A DNA stretch of 56,099 nt, taken from assembly GCA_019056785.1 (NCBI GenBank), contig DXJV01000095.1:1-56099 (forward strand), in the 5' to 3' direction. Positions 28,478 through 38,374 of this stretch are shown in pieces. The translations under genes and the position numbers were made by a program. Under the pieces are notes generated by a model. That model was not told where the DNA came from and did no database searches. It worked only from the letters and a program-made list of their open reading frames with translations. Numbering within the stretch: the stretch's first letter is position 1; the number at the start of each line of letters is the position of its first letter. The DNA is from Candidatus Heimdallarchaeota archaeon. GTDB lineage: Archaea; Asgardarchaeota; Heimdallarchaeia; JABLTI01.

Positions 28478-29707
28478 TTAAGAGGAAAGTTTTGCTAACA
28501 CTTGACTCTTTATTTTTTGGAAGTCTTTTCTCGCAGCCTCAGCTGTCTTCCCCAGTCCCATGAGAAATACATAAGTGTGTGAATTGTTGTTGACAGGAAG
28601 GAGAGGAGTTAAGACGCCATCAATGGTACTTACGAGCTCAAATTTCGAGAGTTTATTTTTAATGGATTCTACTATCAACTTGGAAAAGTATGCATAACCA
28701 TTAAGTTTTACCGGTGTGATGGGTTTTCCCTCTACTACTGCGAGTAATTTTTCCGCCAGATTTTCTGTTGCGAGAGAGCTTAAAGCAACGAAAGGTACAG
28801 TAATACGAGGGTTGACTTCTATGACAAAGATCTCTTCTTTTGTGACGACAAAATCAACACCTACAAACCCCTTTAGATCCAGATGTGAAATGAGTTCTTT
28901 CGACATGTTCAAAACTTTTTCATTTTGCGCTCCTAGGTTGAGGGGTACACTACCACCCAAATAGTCTCCTGTGTTATGTTTTGATTCAATCTTTAGGTTT
29001 TGGTGGTTAATGGAAATTGGCACTACTGTCTCACTATTTGCAAAAAGGCTGGTGCTTATAGGTATTCCTTTAATGAACTCTTGAACTATGCAGTTATCCA
29101 TTCCTGACACCGCGTTTGCTGCTCGTAAACCGTAGCGCAATTCTTTGATGGAATTGACTTTCGTTAACCCCTGACAGCCAACCCCATCGATAGGTTTAAC
29201 GATTAATGGAAAGCCCAAGGGACTCACTTCATCGACGATCTTATCGAAAGAGTCATTGAAATTGGGTGAAAAAGTTGCTGGAACGCTCATATTCAACTCG
29301 CGGGCAAGTTTCATGGTTTGTAATTTATCTGCAGCAAATTCAATGGAATCCGGCTTGCTTCCAAGATAGGTGGAGTTAGAATTACTAATTAAACACGAAA
29401 GATCTTTCAAGATGCCCTTTGTTTCTGGAGCAGAAGTAATAGTATAGTCACATAAATCTGTGAAAGTTTTTATGCCATTTATAAAATCCTCATAACTTGA
29501 AACCGTTTTAAATTCATGAATGGGAGAAATACGGATATGTTGCATCAGCCGGTGGTCAATTAACGTAGCAATTTCAAACCCGAGTTGAGCAAATTGTTCG
29601 ATAGTGCTTCGCAAGATAGAGTAACTTTCAGCAAGACGAACCAGAGGAAGGTCTTCTTCGACAAAACCGCCGCCGACGATATAATCAACGATGAGGATTT
29701 TTTTCAT
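28478..29707 (-). CDS. ATP-grasp ligase, MfnD-like (tyramine-glutamate ligase family)
   Basis: APE, ADK, VKPIDGVGCQG, VQEFIKG, GFVGVDF, IEVNPRIT; fwd context. Confidence 0.7.
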   Translation of the reverse strand: MKKILIVDYIVGGGFVEEDLPLVRLAESYSILRSTIEQFAQLGFEIATLIDHRLMQHIRISPIHEFKTVSSYEDFINGIKTFTDLCDYTITSAPETKGILKDLSCLISNSNSTYLGSKPDSIEFAADKLQTMKLARELNMSVPATFSPNFNDSFDKIVDEVSPLGFPLIVKPIDGVGCQGLTKVNSIKELRYGLRAANAVSGMDNCIVQEFIKGIPISTSLFANSETVVPISINHQNLKIESKHNTGDYLGGSVPLNLGAQNEKVLNMSKELISHLDLKGFVGVDFVVTKEEIFVIEVNPRITVPFVALSSLATENLAEKLLAVVEGKPITPVKLNGYAYFSKLIVESIKNKLSKFELVSTIDGVLTPLLPVNNNSHTYVFLMGLGKTAEAARKDFQKIKSQVLAKLSS

Positions 29708-29800
29708 TTCTCCACAACCTATTAGTAATTAGCAAGTCGAGTTGTGGATAAACGATTTAAAATTCTTTGTGAAATGTTGAAAAGAGCTTTTCTCAGTGAA

Positions 29801-30490
29801 TTAATGCTTCATAACAGGGAAGTGATAGCCTTGGGCTTGTTTATCGTAATAGGCAATTTCTTGTTCAACAAGGCTTCTAAATGATAATTCAACACGTTCT
29901 TTTTGCCAGCCGAGGATCTTGCTCAGCTCTTCTACTGTCAAAAAGCCTGAGGGAGGAACTAAATTGAGGATGGTGAGTAAGTCTCTTGAAAGTTCGGCCG
30001 GCTTGAAGGTTATGAGGATCGCTTTGTTTTTCATTTTAAACATCTTGGGGACAAGTCCTGCAGCCGCCAAATACTCAAGTGCCTTTTTAATTTCCTTCGG
30101 TGGAGCAACCCAGTTTGGTCGTTTCTCTGCGAAAATTTTGCAAAAGTCCTTGAATAACATAACGCCGCCATAGTTTCTGCTCTCCTCAATACCCACTTCC
30201 AAGATTTCCTTTGCCAAGAAGTGCTCGAATTTCTCTTTGTCTTTGAATCGTTTTTTATCCACTTTATCGCCAACGCCGATCAATTCGGGCATACCTGCTT
30301 CTTGCCGCAGCTTTACTAAGCGGGCATCAACAGCATGGGTTCCTTTAATTTCTTCTTTGTATTTCTGCTCTAGTTCCAGAACCCCTTTCTTTATGATCTC
30401 TTTTTTCGCTTTTTTGTCTTCTTCTTCTATTTCTTGCAGGCCCTCTGCGAATTTCTTATAGGCGTCCTTTAAATTCTCTTTTTCACTCAA
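29801..30490 (-). CDS. ESCRT-II EAP30/Vps22-Vps36-like protein
   Basis: FEHFLAKEILEVG..NYGGVM, PKEIKKALEYL, PAELSRD..GFLTVEELSKILGWQKERV tandem winged helices. Confidence 0.8.
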   Translation of the reverse strand: MSEKENLKDAYKKFAEGLQEIEEEDKKAKKEIIKKGVLELEQKYKEEIKGTHAVDARLVKLRQEAGMPELIGVGDKVDKKRFKDKEKFEHFLAKEILEVGIEESRNYGGVMLFKDFCKIFAEKRPNWVAPPKEIKKALEYLAAAGLVPKMFKMKNKAILITFKPAELSRDLLTILNLVPPSGFLTVEELSKILGWQKERVELSFRSLVEQEIAYYDKQAQGYHFPVMKH

Positions 30491-30753
30491 TGTTTATTCC
30501 TCAAATGTCTATATGATTTCAGACTATTTAACTGTTCATAAATTAACACATGAGAGCAGCAACAATCTTTTTTGCTAGCTGTTTTTCTTACTAATTTCTA
30601 ATAAAGCTTTGCCAGCACCCCTAACTAGGAACTCATCAACAGCTTTATTATCTATACATATAGGAATACTTTTTTTAGAGGCATTTGCGTTGTAAAATAC
30701 ATTGAATTATTAAATGTCTGACAATGGATTATATGTAATGCGGTTGTGGAAAA

Positions 30754-32112
30754 TTGATTAAGATTACAATGTTTGGTGCTGCCAAAGAAATTGGCCGAAG
30801 CGCTATTTTAGTGGAAGATAAGGATACAAAGATTCTTTTGGATTGTGGTTTGAAAATTCGACCGAAAAAGCCCACAGAAAAACCTGAGGGGCTAGATAAA
30901 TATGCAAAGGAGCTCCAAGGAGTGGTCATCTCTCATGCACATTTTGACCACTCTGGTTATATCCCAGGTATCGTTCGAGCTGGATATGAAGGAAGCATTC
31001 ATATGACCCAACCAACCAGAGACATTTGTGAAATTCTCTTTCGAGATCATTTGAAAATCGAGGGGGCACGTTTCTGGAACGAAGAAGACATGTATAATAG
31101 CCTTTATCAAGTTGCAAATCACTATTATGAAGAGACATTTCAATTGGCGGATGGTGTTTCAGCAACTTTTTATGACGCGGGGCATATTTTAGGGTCTGCA
31201 AGCGTTCTCCTTGATTGGAAAGGGCAACTAATTTTCTATACAGGTGATATTAACACCTTCGAAACTCCCTATCATGACACAAATAAATATCCCACTCTTG
31301 AAGACATTTCTATTTTAATTTCCGAAGCAACAAATGGGCTACGTGACCTCCCAGATCGAGAAGTACCAAACCAAGCTCTGGTAAGAGCAATTTATGCCAC
31401 GCATAAAAGAGAAGGAGTGACAATAATTCCTACTTTTGCTTTAGGACGCGGGCAAGAAATTGAAGCCATTTTAGCTCAAGAATTTATAAACAAACCATTT
31501 AACATTTATGTTGATGGGATGATTTTAAAGATGAACAATGTCTATCGACGCTATTTTCATGAGTACTGGGTTTCCAAGAAAATCCTGGAATGGTGCCGAG
31601 AGCACCGGCTAGAGGTACCTTTTGATATCCCCAACTTCATCCCTGTCAATCGAAACTTAGCAGATGATTTGGATTCCTTTAGAAAAATGATTGTTTCTGA
31701 AAAGAAGCTGACAGTTGTGCTCTCGACCTCTGGAATGTTGGAAGGAGGACCCATTCATTCTTATCTTCATTATGCTGCTGAGAATCCAAATAATCTTATT
31801 GCCATTTCTGGTTATCAAGTCGAAGGGACTGTTGGGCGCGAAATTCTTGATGGTTCACGGGAGATCACTTTATTTAGCTGGGGAAATAAAAAGGGCATTA
31901 AAATCAGAATTAATGCCGAGGTCCGGCAATTCTCCTTCTCGGGTCATGCACAAAGAAATGAACTCATAAAAATGATTAAAGCCATTAATAGCGAGAAAAT
32001 TGTCTTTGTTCATGGTGTAGAAGAATCTGCACACCATCTTAAAGAGGATCTTGCGAATGGTGCTGAAATTTTCATCCCAGATATTCGAAAGCCACTTGTC
32101 TTTCCAGACTGA
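30754..32112 (+). CDS. MBL-fold beta-CASP ribonuclease (aCPSF2-like, no KH domains)
   Basis: EIGRS, SHAHFDHSG, AGHILGS, YTGD, SGMLEGG, FSGHA, VHG. Confidence 0.92.
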   Translation: MIKITMFGAAKEIGRSAILVEDKDTKILLDCGLKIRPKKPTEKPEGLDKYAKELQGVVISHAHFDHSGYIPGIVRAGYEGSIHMTQPTRDICEILFRDHLKIEGARFWNEEDMYNSLYQVANHYYEETFQLADGVSATFYDAGHILGSASVLLDWKGQLIFYTGDINTFETPYHDTNKYPTLEDISILISEATNGLRDLPDREVPNQALVRAIYATHKREGVTIIPTFALGRGQEIEAILAQEFINKPFNIYVDGMILKMNNVYRRYFHEYWVSKKILEWCREHRLEVPFDIPNFIPVNRNLADDLDSFRKMIVSEKKLTVVLSTSGMLEGGPIHSYLHYAAENPNNLIAISGYQVEGTVGREILDGSREITLFSWGNKKGIKIRINAEVRQFSFSGHAQRNELIKMIKAINSEKIVFVHGVEESAHHLKEDLANGAEIFIPDIRKPLVFPD

Positions 32113-32141
32113 AAGTATTAAATGCAGAAAAGGGGAAAGAA

Positions 32142-32426
32142 TTATTTTCCCTTCAAGAGCCAACTTAAGGGGATATTTTGATAACTCCCATCAGGTAACA
32201 ACCGGGAAACAGTTAAGGGGAGAACGTTTTTCTTTAATTCTTCTTGTGCAATAATGATGGGGTCAGTCATTTCTTTTTTCAAGCGAATTAAGATTGGGGC
32301 TCCCAGGGAAATTTGCAGCCCTCTGGCGCCAATAATTCGTGCTTTTTCAAATCGAGTCAATTTTTTCGGCCCAACAACAATCTCATCGGCAACTATTTCT
32401 TTTCGAGTTGGGGTTTCTGCAGACAT
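32142..32426 (-). CDS. rpoK: RNA polymerase subunit Rpo6/RpoK
   Basis: [27 protein letters not shown]. Confidence 0.96.
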   Translation of the reverse strand: MSAETPTRKEIVADEIVVGPKKLTRFEKARIIGARGLQISLGAPILIRLKKEMTDPIIIAQEELKKNVLPLTVSRLLPDGSYQNIPLSWLLKGK

Positions 32427-32619
32427 CTTCTTACCTCTTACAATGAAAGGGATAGCAAATGTTTGGATTATAAAGTTTTTCGTATGAATTCCATTATTCC
32501 ATTTGGCTATTTTAATTATTATTTGTTATCTAGAGAATATTGCCCCCCTTTTAGAGCACAATTTTTAAGATTAACAAGGAACTATTTCTCATAGAATAAC
32601 AAATGGTTGAGGTTTAAAA

Positions 32620-33099
32620 TTGACACAAAACAAACTCCAAACAGCTTTTGATATGATCAAATCCTATGTCGAACAGCTCGAACAGCAGCTTCAAGAAAAA
32701 GACCAACAACTCAAAGAATCACAGAAGCAATTTGAAACATTAGCTGCAGAGAAGAATGACGCCGCTGAGAAACTAGCAAAAATGGAAAAAGATATGGCAG
32801 AACTCTCGTCTGTCTATGAGGAGTTGCAAAAGAAACAAGAAAGCAGGATTGATTTTCAAGAGGTCTTTCGCTTGTACATCATTTTAACAGAACAAGTGCT
32901 GGACGGCTCTGCCCATATTAAAATCCTCTCGCTTTTGCATGGTGCCAAGGAATATTTAACCAAAGATGAGCTTGCCAAAGCAAGTGGCATTCGTCCGGCA
33001 GCAACACTCCGTGCCATCTTCGACTTACGAAATAACGGTCTTGTTGAATATGACGATGAAACTGAACGGGTGAAATTAGTTCGACGATTGTTCGAGTAA
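32620..33099 (+). CDS. Coiled-coil plus C-terminal winged-HTH protein
   Basis: Heptad-rich aa 5-75; LTKDELAKASGIRPAATLRAIFDLRNNGLVEYD. Confidence 0.8.
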   Translation: MTQNKLQTAFDMIKSYVEQLEQQLQEKDQQLKESQKQFETLAAEKNDAAEKLAKMEKDMAELSSVYEELQKKQESRIDFQEVFRLYIILTEQVLDGSAHIKILSLLHGAKEYLTKDELAKASGIRPAATLRAIFDLRNNGLVEYDDETERVKLVRRLFE

Positions 33100-33161
33100 T
33101 TCTAACGATTCTGGATCGAGAAAAACTACACAGTATTTAAGAATAAGGGAGAACCCCTCAT

Positions 33162-33536
33162 TCAAAACGCTGCCAAGAGGGGATTGTGACTATTTGCTCT
33201 TCGAAACTGTGACTCGAGTATATAAGTCACTTTGCAATGCTCTTTATGGATCACTTCTCGAGCTCGTTCTCCCATAATCCTACAGACCAGAATTAATTTA
33301 TGTATCTCTTCCTTGTTTGACCAATCAATCAAATCAAAGATAGTACGATAAGTTACCGGTCGCCACCACAGAAGTAAATAAACACCAACAGTTTCGCCAT
33401 TATCATTTGTAAAGACATAATTGAGTTTTTTATTGTTCCCAAATGGAACATCCTTCTGGAATTTCACACCTCGTTTTTCCAAATAATTTTCAATAATTTG
33501 CTTCACTTCATTGTCTTTAAGTCCTGTTTTTTCCAA
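33162..33536 (-). CDS. Restriction-endonuclease-like (Mrr/PD-(D/E)XK) fold, apparently inactive
   Basis: IENYLEKRGVKF..KDV..LNYVF..VGVYLLLWWRPVT; catalytic D and ExK replaced. Confidence 0.55.
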   Translation of the reverse strand: MEKTGLKDNEVKQIIENYLEKRGVKFQKDVPFGNNKKLNYVFTNDNGETVGVYLLLWWRPVTYRTIFDLIDWSNKEEIHKLILVCRIMGERAREVIHKEHCKVTYILESQFRRANSHNPLLAAF

Positions 33537-33825
33537 TCTTAAAAGAGACCTCCTGTAATTGAACGATAGTGAGATTCGTAAATATTGCGCCCCAAATATT
33601 TACGCAAGTTTAACAACACTCACCCAACCGATAAAAACCTTTTGTATACAACAACTTTTTATTGAATAAACAATCAGCTAAACTAACAACCCGTTTATGC
33701 GGAGAAAAATAAGTAAGGAGAAATAATTGATAATAAAAAAACAAGGAAAAAAGCAAGAGGTTTAAGGGAATAATAGTAGCTCGAATGAAAATATTTAAAC
33801 AAAAAAGAGACAAACCATACTTGAA

Positions 33826-34185
33826 GTGAATATCTTGACAGAAGAAAAAACCCGAGAGAAGGAAGGACAAGTAGTCAGCGAACTAACTGAGGAAGAAGAA
33901 ACAAAACAACAAAATCTACAAAAACTCAAAGAATTAAATAAAAAACTTAATGAAATGGGGATAAAAAAGGACCCAAACATTCGGATTTGCCCGAAGTGTT
34001 TCAGTACGAGAGTAAAAGTAGAAGATATTTTTTCAAATATGGGAATTACTCGAGGCTATCCTGTTTGCCGATGTCTAGATTGTGGTTGGAGATCCAGGAC
34101 ATGGATCTATCTTGATAGAACCATGTCAAAAGAGGAGAGAGAACGTTTCATTCAGGAAGAAATTGAACTCAAAAGCAAAAAATGA
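33826..34185 (+). CDS. Zn-ribbon protein
   Basis: ICPKCFS...CLDCGWRS. Confidence 0.75.
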   Translation: MNILTEEKTREKEGQVVSELTEEEETKQQNLQKLKELNKKLNEMGIKKDPNIRICPKCFSTRVKVEDIFSNMGITRGYPVCRCLDCGWRSRTWIYLDRTMSKEERERFIQEEIELKSKK

Positions 34186-34197
34186 AGAGGAAAAAAC

Positions 34198-35055
34198 TCA
34201 TTCCTCTTTCGTTAAGATGGCAGATAAATAAGCAACCACTTCGGCTTTGTTTCCGGTAACGTCACCACTGGTGGCATATTTTAATACCTTCGCGTGTGAA
34301 ACCCCGAATTTCTTGCTAAGTTTGATGATAGAAGCGACAGGAGCAGGGCCACACATTGAAATGTACTTTTCATTTACGACCTCGAGGAGATTGTTGGGCT
34401 TCAGTTTTTTGATGTTTTCGATTACGTAGGAGTCTTTCGCCATTGCTGCTGCTTGGCTTTCAAAATGCGTCAAGTCAGAGCTTGCAATGAGACAAAAGTC
34501 ATAATCGGTGAGAATTTTGCCAAGAACATTAGCAATTCTATCTACAGTTTCTTTAGATTGATCCTTCAATGCAATGGGGACGATTGCTACATCCTCACCA
34601 TAAAGGTATTGGAGGAAGGGCACCTGAACCTCAATACTATGTTCCCTGCTATGAGCAGAAGTGTCGGAGCGAAAATAGGGTTGTTTGATTATTTTTTCAA
34701 TTATGTCATCTGGTAGCGTAGCATCTCCAAGGGGGGTTCGCCATTTACCTGGCGGATGAACACTGATTCCCGGACCCAGACCTGTATGATTGGGCCCGAT
34801 AATGACGAAAAATTCAGGCTTCCCGTCCTTGAATTGTTCCAAAAAACCATGGGCAGCCACTGGACCAGAGTAAATATAACCGGCATGTGGTGAGATTAAC
34901 CCAACAATGTTACCTTTTCGGGGGGGAGGAGAGGATCGCTCAGGTAAAGCCCCTGGCCCAACTGCTTTATCTTGAAAGCATTTTTCAATGGCAGCGATTA
35001 ACTGGTTTTTATCTGCCGGATAAAACATTCCAGCAACAGCAGGTTCGCGTATCAA
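34198..35055 (-). CDS. MEMO1 / AmmeMemoRadiSam protein B
   Basis: IREPAVAGMFYP, PHAGYIYSG, GPNHTG, EHSIEVQVPFLQ, ASSDLTH, SMCG. Confidence 0.95.
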   Translation of the reverse strand: MIREPAVAGMFYPADKNQLIAAIEKCFQDKAVGPGALPERSSPPPRKGNIVGLISPHAGYIYSGPVAAHGFLEQFKDGKPEFFVIIGPNHTGLGPGISVHPPGKWRTPLGDATLPDDIIEKIIKQPYFRSDTSAHSREHSIEVQVPFLQYLYGEDVAIVPIALKDQSKETVDRIANVLGKILTDYDFCLIASSDLTHFESQAAAMAKDSYVIENIKKLKPNNLLEVVNEKYISMCGPAPVASIIKLSKKFGVSHAKVLKYATSGDVTGNKAEVVAYLSAILTKEE

Positions 35056-35126
35056 TTCACATAACCACACATGACAACTTCTAACTTTATCTGTAAGCTT
35101 ACATGTTTATTAGTTTTATTTGCAAA

Positions 35127-36329
35127 TTACAAGGGCAAGTCGTCGATGTTTTTGAAACAATACGCAGGTTCACTAAAAAGAATGGAAAGATCATATATTC
35201 GCCGCGAAAGCTCTTTAGACAAATCATTAAAATAGATTTGACTGAAAATATCAGCAAGCTCTGTCATTTCCAACTCTTTCATCCCCATTCGTGTTACTTC
35301 TGCCATTCCAAGGCGAAGCGCCGCATCCACCATCACCCCAACAGACTCGGCACGCTTGGCAATCTTTTCAGCCTTATGAGAAGTTGAAACATCGATAAAA
35401 ACTTGATGAGAGTCGCTATAACCCAAATGTTTGAATTTTACCGGAACACCCGCTTGATCTAAAGCATGAGCAAAGGCTTTACTATTTTTCACTACTTGAG
35501 CCGCATATTCTTGTCCGAACTCGAGCATTTCTAATGCCGCAACTCCAAGTGCAGCAAGTCTATTGGGGTGATTATTATCAACCAATCTGATCCCATGTTC
35601 CAAATCCAAATCAAGAGCGGAACTTAATAATTCGTAACGCTCACTATCATTAGTTACAATAACTCCTCCTTGTGGACCTGGAAACGTTTTATGTGTTGAA
35701 CCAAGGAGAACTTGTGCACCCTCTCGGAGTGGGTCTTGAAATTGTTTGCCGGCGATAAGTCCCAAAACATGTGAACCATCATAGGCAAAATGGATCGTTT
35801 TTCGCGAAGCAAATTCCTCAGTGATTTCTTTGACGGGGTGAGGAAAAGGCAAAAACGAGGAACCAAAGATAACCAATTTTGGCTTCAATTTCTTGATCGC
35901 TTCGATGTTTTCTTCGATGAGGAGATTCATATCTTCCATTGAAAAATTGAAAGTGATTTTTTTGCGACCAAAAAATTGATAGTCAAGGGGGTAACCACCA
36001 TTTTGACCCGCATTTACTACCATGACTTTATTGCCACTTTTTGTTAGACTAAATAGAAGAGCTAAAACACAAAGATTTCCTGAGAGAGCCGAAAGAATAG
36101 CATAATCAGCATCAAACAATTCTCGAATGTAAGCTTCAGTTTTCGCCATCATTTTTCTAATGAATTTTGTCCCGCCATAATATTCAGCTGAATAGCGATG
36201 ACCAAAATCTGAAGCCAAAAGTGATCGCACTAAAGGTGAGGTATAATTCTCACTTGCAATAAGATTAATTACTCCATGGCGCAATTGGTGGTGTTGCAAA
36301 ACGATTTCTAAAAAGTCGTTTAATTTCAT
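35127..36329 (-). CDS. glyA: Serine hydroxymethyltransferase (archaeal type, divergent)
   Basis: NLIASEN, DFGHRY, YDGSHVLGLIAG, STHKTFPGPQGG. Confidence 0.85.
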   Translation of the reverse strand: MKLNDFLEIVLQHHQLRHGVINLIASENYTSPLVRSLLASDFGHRYSAEYYGGTKFIRKMMAKTEAYIRELFDADYAILSALSGNLCVLALLFSLTKSGNKVMVVNAGQNGGYPLDYQFFGRKKITFNFSMEDMNLLIEENIEAIKKLKPKLVIFGSSFLPFPHPVKEITEEFASRKTIHFAYDGSHVLGLIAGKQFQDPLREGAQVLLGSTHKTFPGPQGGVIVTNDSERYELLSSALDLDLEHGIRLVDNNHPNRLAALGVAALEMLEFGQEYAAQVVKNSKAFAHALDQAGVPVKFKHLGYSDSHQVFIDVSTSHKAEKIAKRAESVGVMVDAALRLGMAEVTRMGMKELEMTELADIFSQIYFNDLSKELSRRIYDLSILFSEPAYCFKNIDDLPL

Positions 36330-36478
36330 TTCAACCAGTAAAATAGTAATAAGAAAGATTATTTTAAGCTTTTATGACGCTTCCCAAGCATTTATAGGAT
36401 TTTATTATAAATAAAAAAATAATCAGTAAGGTTTCAATTGTTGAGATAAACTATAACAACTCTAACAGGTTCACTTCC

Positions 36479-37129
36479 ATGTCAGGAACAAAGAGAAGTA
36501 AAACATCAACTGCTACAAGTAAACAAAAAAGTAAAAAAGATAAAACGAAGAAAGCGTCTAAAAAGAAAGAAACGAAAGAAGGTAAAAAGAAACAAAAAGA
36601 AGAACAATTCCTTAATGAAGCTAAACAAGCCATCGAAGAAATAACGTTGGTACTGAAAAAAACATCGCAAATGTTGCCCTCTCTTGTTTCCGTGCGATAC
36701 ACAAATGATGCTGATTTTAATGGTGTACTGCACGATAAATTCAAGACGGATTATGAGCTCATTATTATGCTCGAAGAATTCTTCACTAAACTCGTCCTTC
36801 TCTTACGCTACCGGTCAGCATTTGATGAGAAACTCAGCCAAATGTCAAGAATAATTGGTAATCTTAAAAAAGCGACTAATTTGCAGGAATTTCAAGGAAA
36901 CCTTCAGCTTTTGGGAATTGCTCTACTGGATTCTGAACAAATCATTCAAAATTATGATGAAATGTACAACAATCTTTTTACAGAACAAGCTTTATTGCAA
37001 TTCCAATTGATGGAACAACTTGCCTTGTTCCGAGAGAAGAATGTACCAAACTTTAGCGAATTGTTTAGCGACAGTATAAAGAACTTTCTTAAATTGAATA
37101 ACAAACTCTCAAACTTAAAAGAGAGTTGA
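36479..37129 (+). CDS. Lys-rich N-tail plus long helical bundle (possible BAR-like)
   Basis: About 40-aa basic tail, then about 175 aa of amphipathic helices. Confidence 0.7.
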   Translation: MSGTKRSKTSTATSKQKSKKDKTKKASKKKETKEGKKKQKEEQFLNEAKQAIEEITLVLKKTSQMLPSLVSVRYTNDADFNGVLHDKFKTDYELIIMLEEFFTKLVLLLRYRSAFDEKLSQMSRIIGNLKKATNLQEFQGNLQLLGIALLDSEQIIQNYDEMYNNLFTEQALLQFQLMEQLALFREKNVPNFSELFSDSIKNFLKLNNKLSNLKES

Positions 37130-37135
37130 TACCTC

Positions 37136-38371
37136 ATGAAACTCCTAATTGTTGGCTTTAATGCTCGCCCTATTGCTAAAGCAGCTGCTCAAGCAAACCA
37201 CCAGATTGGCATCATCGACTATTTTGGAGACATGGACCTGCTGCAATTAACAAGAAATTGTTTTGCCGTTTTGCGACAGAAAGCCGGTGAAACCCTTCAT
37301 CGGCCTTTGCATCGAACCCCTGCAGAATATTTGTTTCTGTTAGCTGAAACGATGATTGAAGAACAAGGAGACTTTGATGGTATCTTAATTGGCTCGGGAT
37401 TTGACAAATATCCTGAAATTATCGCCAAATTTCATGCTCTTGGAGTGAAAATGTATGCAAATACTGCCGAGAAATTTACTCTTTGCCGGATGAAAAAGAA
37501 AATGAATGAACTCGCTCAAAAAGCCGGCTTCGCCATTCCAAAACTATTGAAGGCAAACTCAGTTTCTGAAGCACTCGAGATAATGAAAACAGTACGCTTC
37601 CCCATTGTCACACGAACTAATGGTGGCGGCGGAGGAGCGGGCATTCGGAAGTGGGATACAAAAAGCGAGTTAGAAAATTATTTACACTCGAGAGAAGAAC
37701 GCGAGGAGCAAACGCTTTTCTTTCAAGAATATATTCAAGGAATAGACGCAAGTGCAACAGTTGTTTGTTCAAAAGAAAAGACAGCCATTCTCTCTCTAAA
37801 TAAACAATTAATTGGCGATAAGCTATTAGGAGCCCCAGGGGATTTTGCCTATTGTGGGAACATTGTCCCTCTTGAGTGGGACATGCATTTGCCGGCAAAG
37901 CAAAAAGAATTCTTTGTTGATCTTATGACAAAAATTAAGAGCCTTTTTCTTCAATTGAAATTAACAGGTATCAATGGCGTTGATTTCGTTATTCGAGGAA
38001 CGAAAAGTTATTTTATGGAAGTAAATCCTCGCTTCTTAGGCAGTCTTGAGTGCACTCAAATAGCTACGAAACAAAACCTCGTCAAGATTCATTTGGATGC
38101 GTTTCATGACACCCTTTCAGTGAAAGAACCGCCACGCTACTATCGGATAGGAGTCAAAGGCATTCTCTTTTCAAACGTCGAAAAACCTTTTCCGGTGAAA
38201 AAGTACCCTACAAGCAAGTGGATTGTCGATCGAACCCATGTAGGGGTTATCCTTGAAAGAGGAGACCCCTTTTGTAGTATTGTCCTTCCAACAATTAGTG
38301 CGACCAATGGCTTGGAAAAAGTTCACACGCTAGCCAAACGCATTCAGAGATTAAATGCCCCTAGAGTTTAA
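37136..38371 (+). CDS. ATP-grasp protein (COG2232-like, C1-carrier biosynthesis associated)
   Basis: VGFNARP, DYFGDMDL, GGGGAG, QEYIQG, FAYCGNIVP, GINGVDF, MEVNPRF. Confidence 0.85.
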   Translation: MKLLIVGFNARPIAKAAAQANHQIGIIDYFGDMDLLQLTRNCFAVLRQKAGETLHRPLHRTPAEYLFLLAETMIEEQGDFDGILIGSGFDKYPEIIAKFHALGVKMYANTAEKFTLCRMKKKMNELAQKAGFAIPKLLKANSVSEALEIMKTVRFPIVTRTNGGGGGAGIRKWDTKSELENYLHSREEREEQTLFFQEYIQGIDASATVVCSKEKTAILSLNKQLIGDKLLGAPGDFAYCGNIVPLEWDMHLPAKQKEFFVDLMTKIKSLFLQLKLTGINGVDFVIRGTKSYFMEVNPRFLGSLECTQIATKQNLVKIHLDAFHDTLSVKEPPRYYRIGVKGILFSNVEKPFPVKKYPTSKWIVDRTHVGVILERGDPFCSIVLPTISATNGLEKVHTLAKRIQRLNAPRV

Positions 38372-38374
38372 GGG

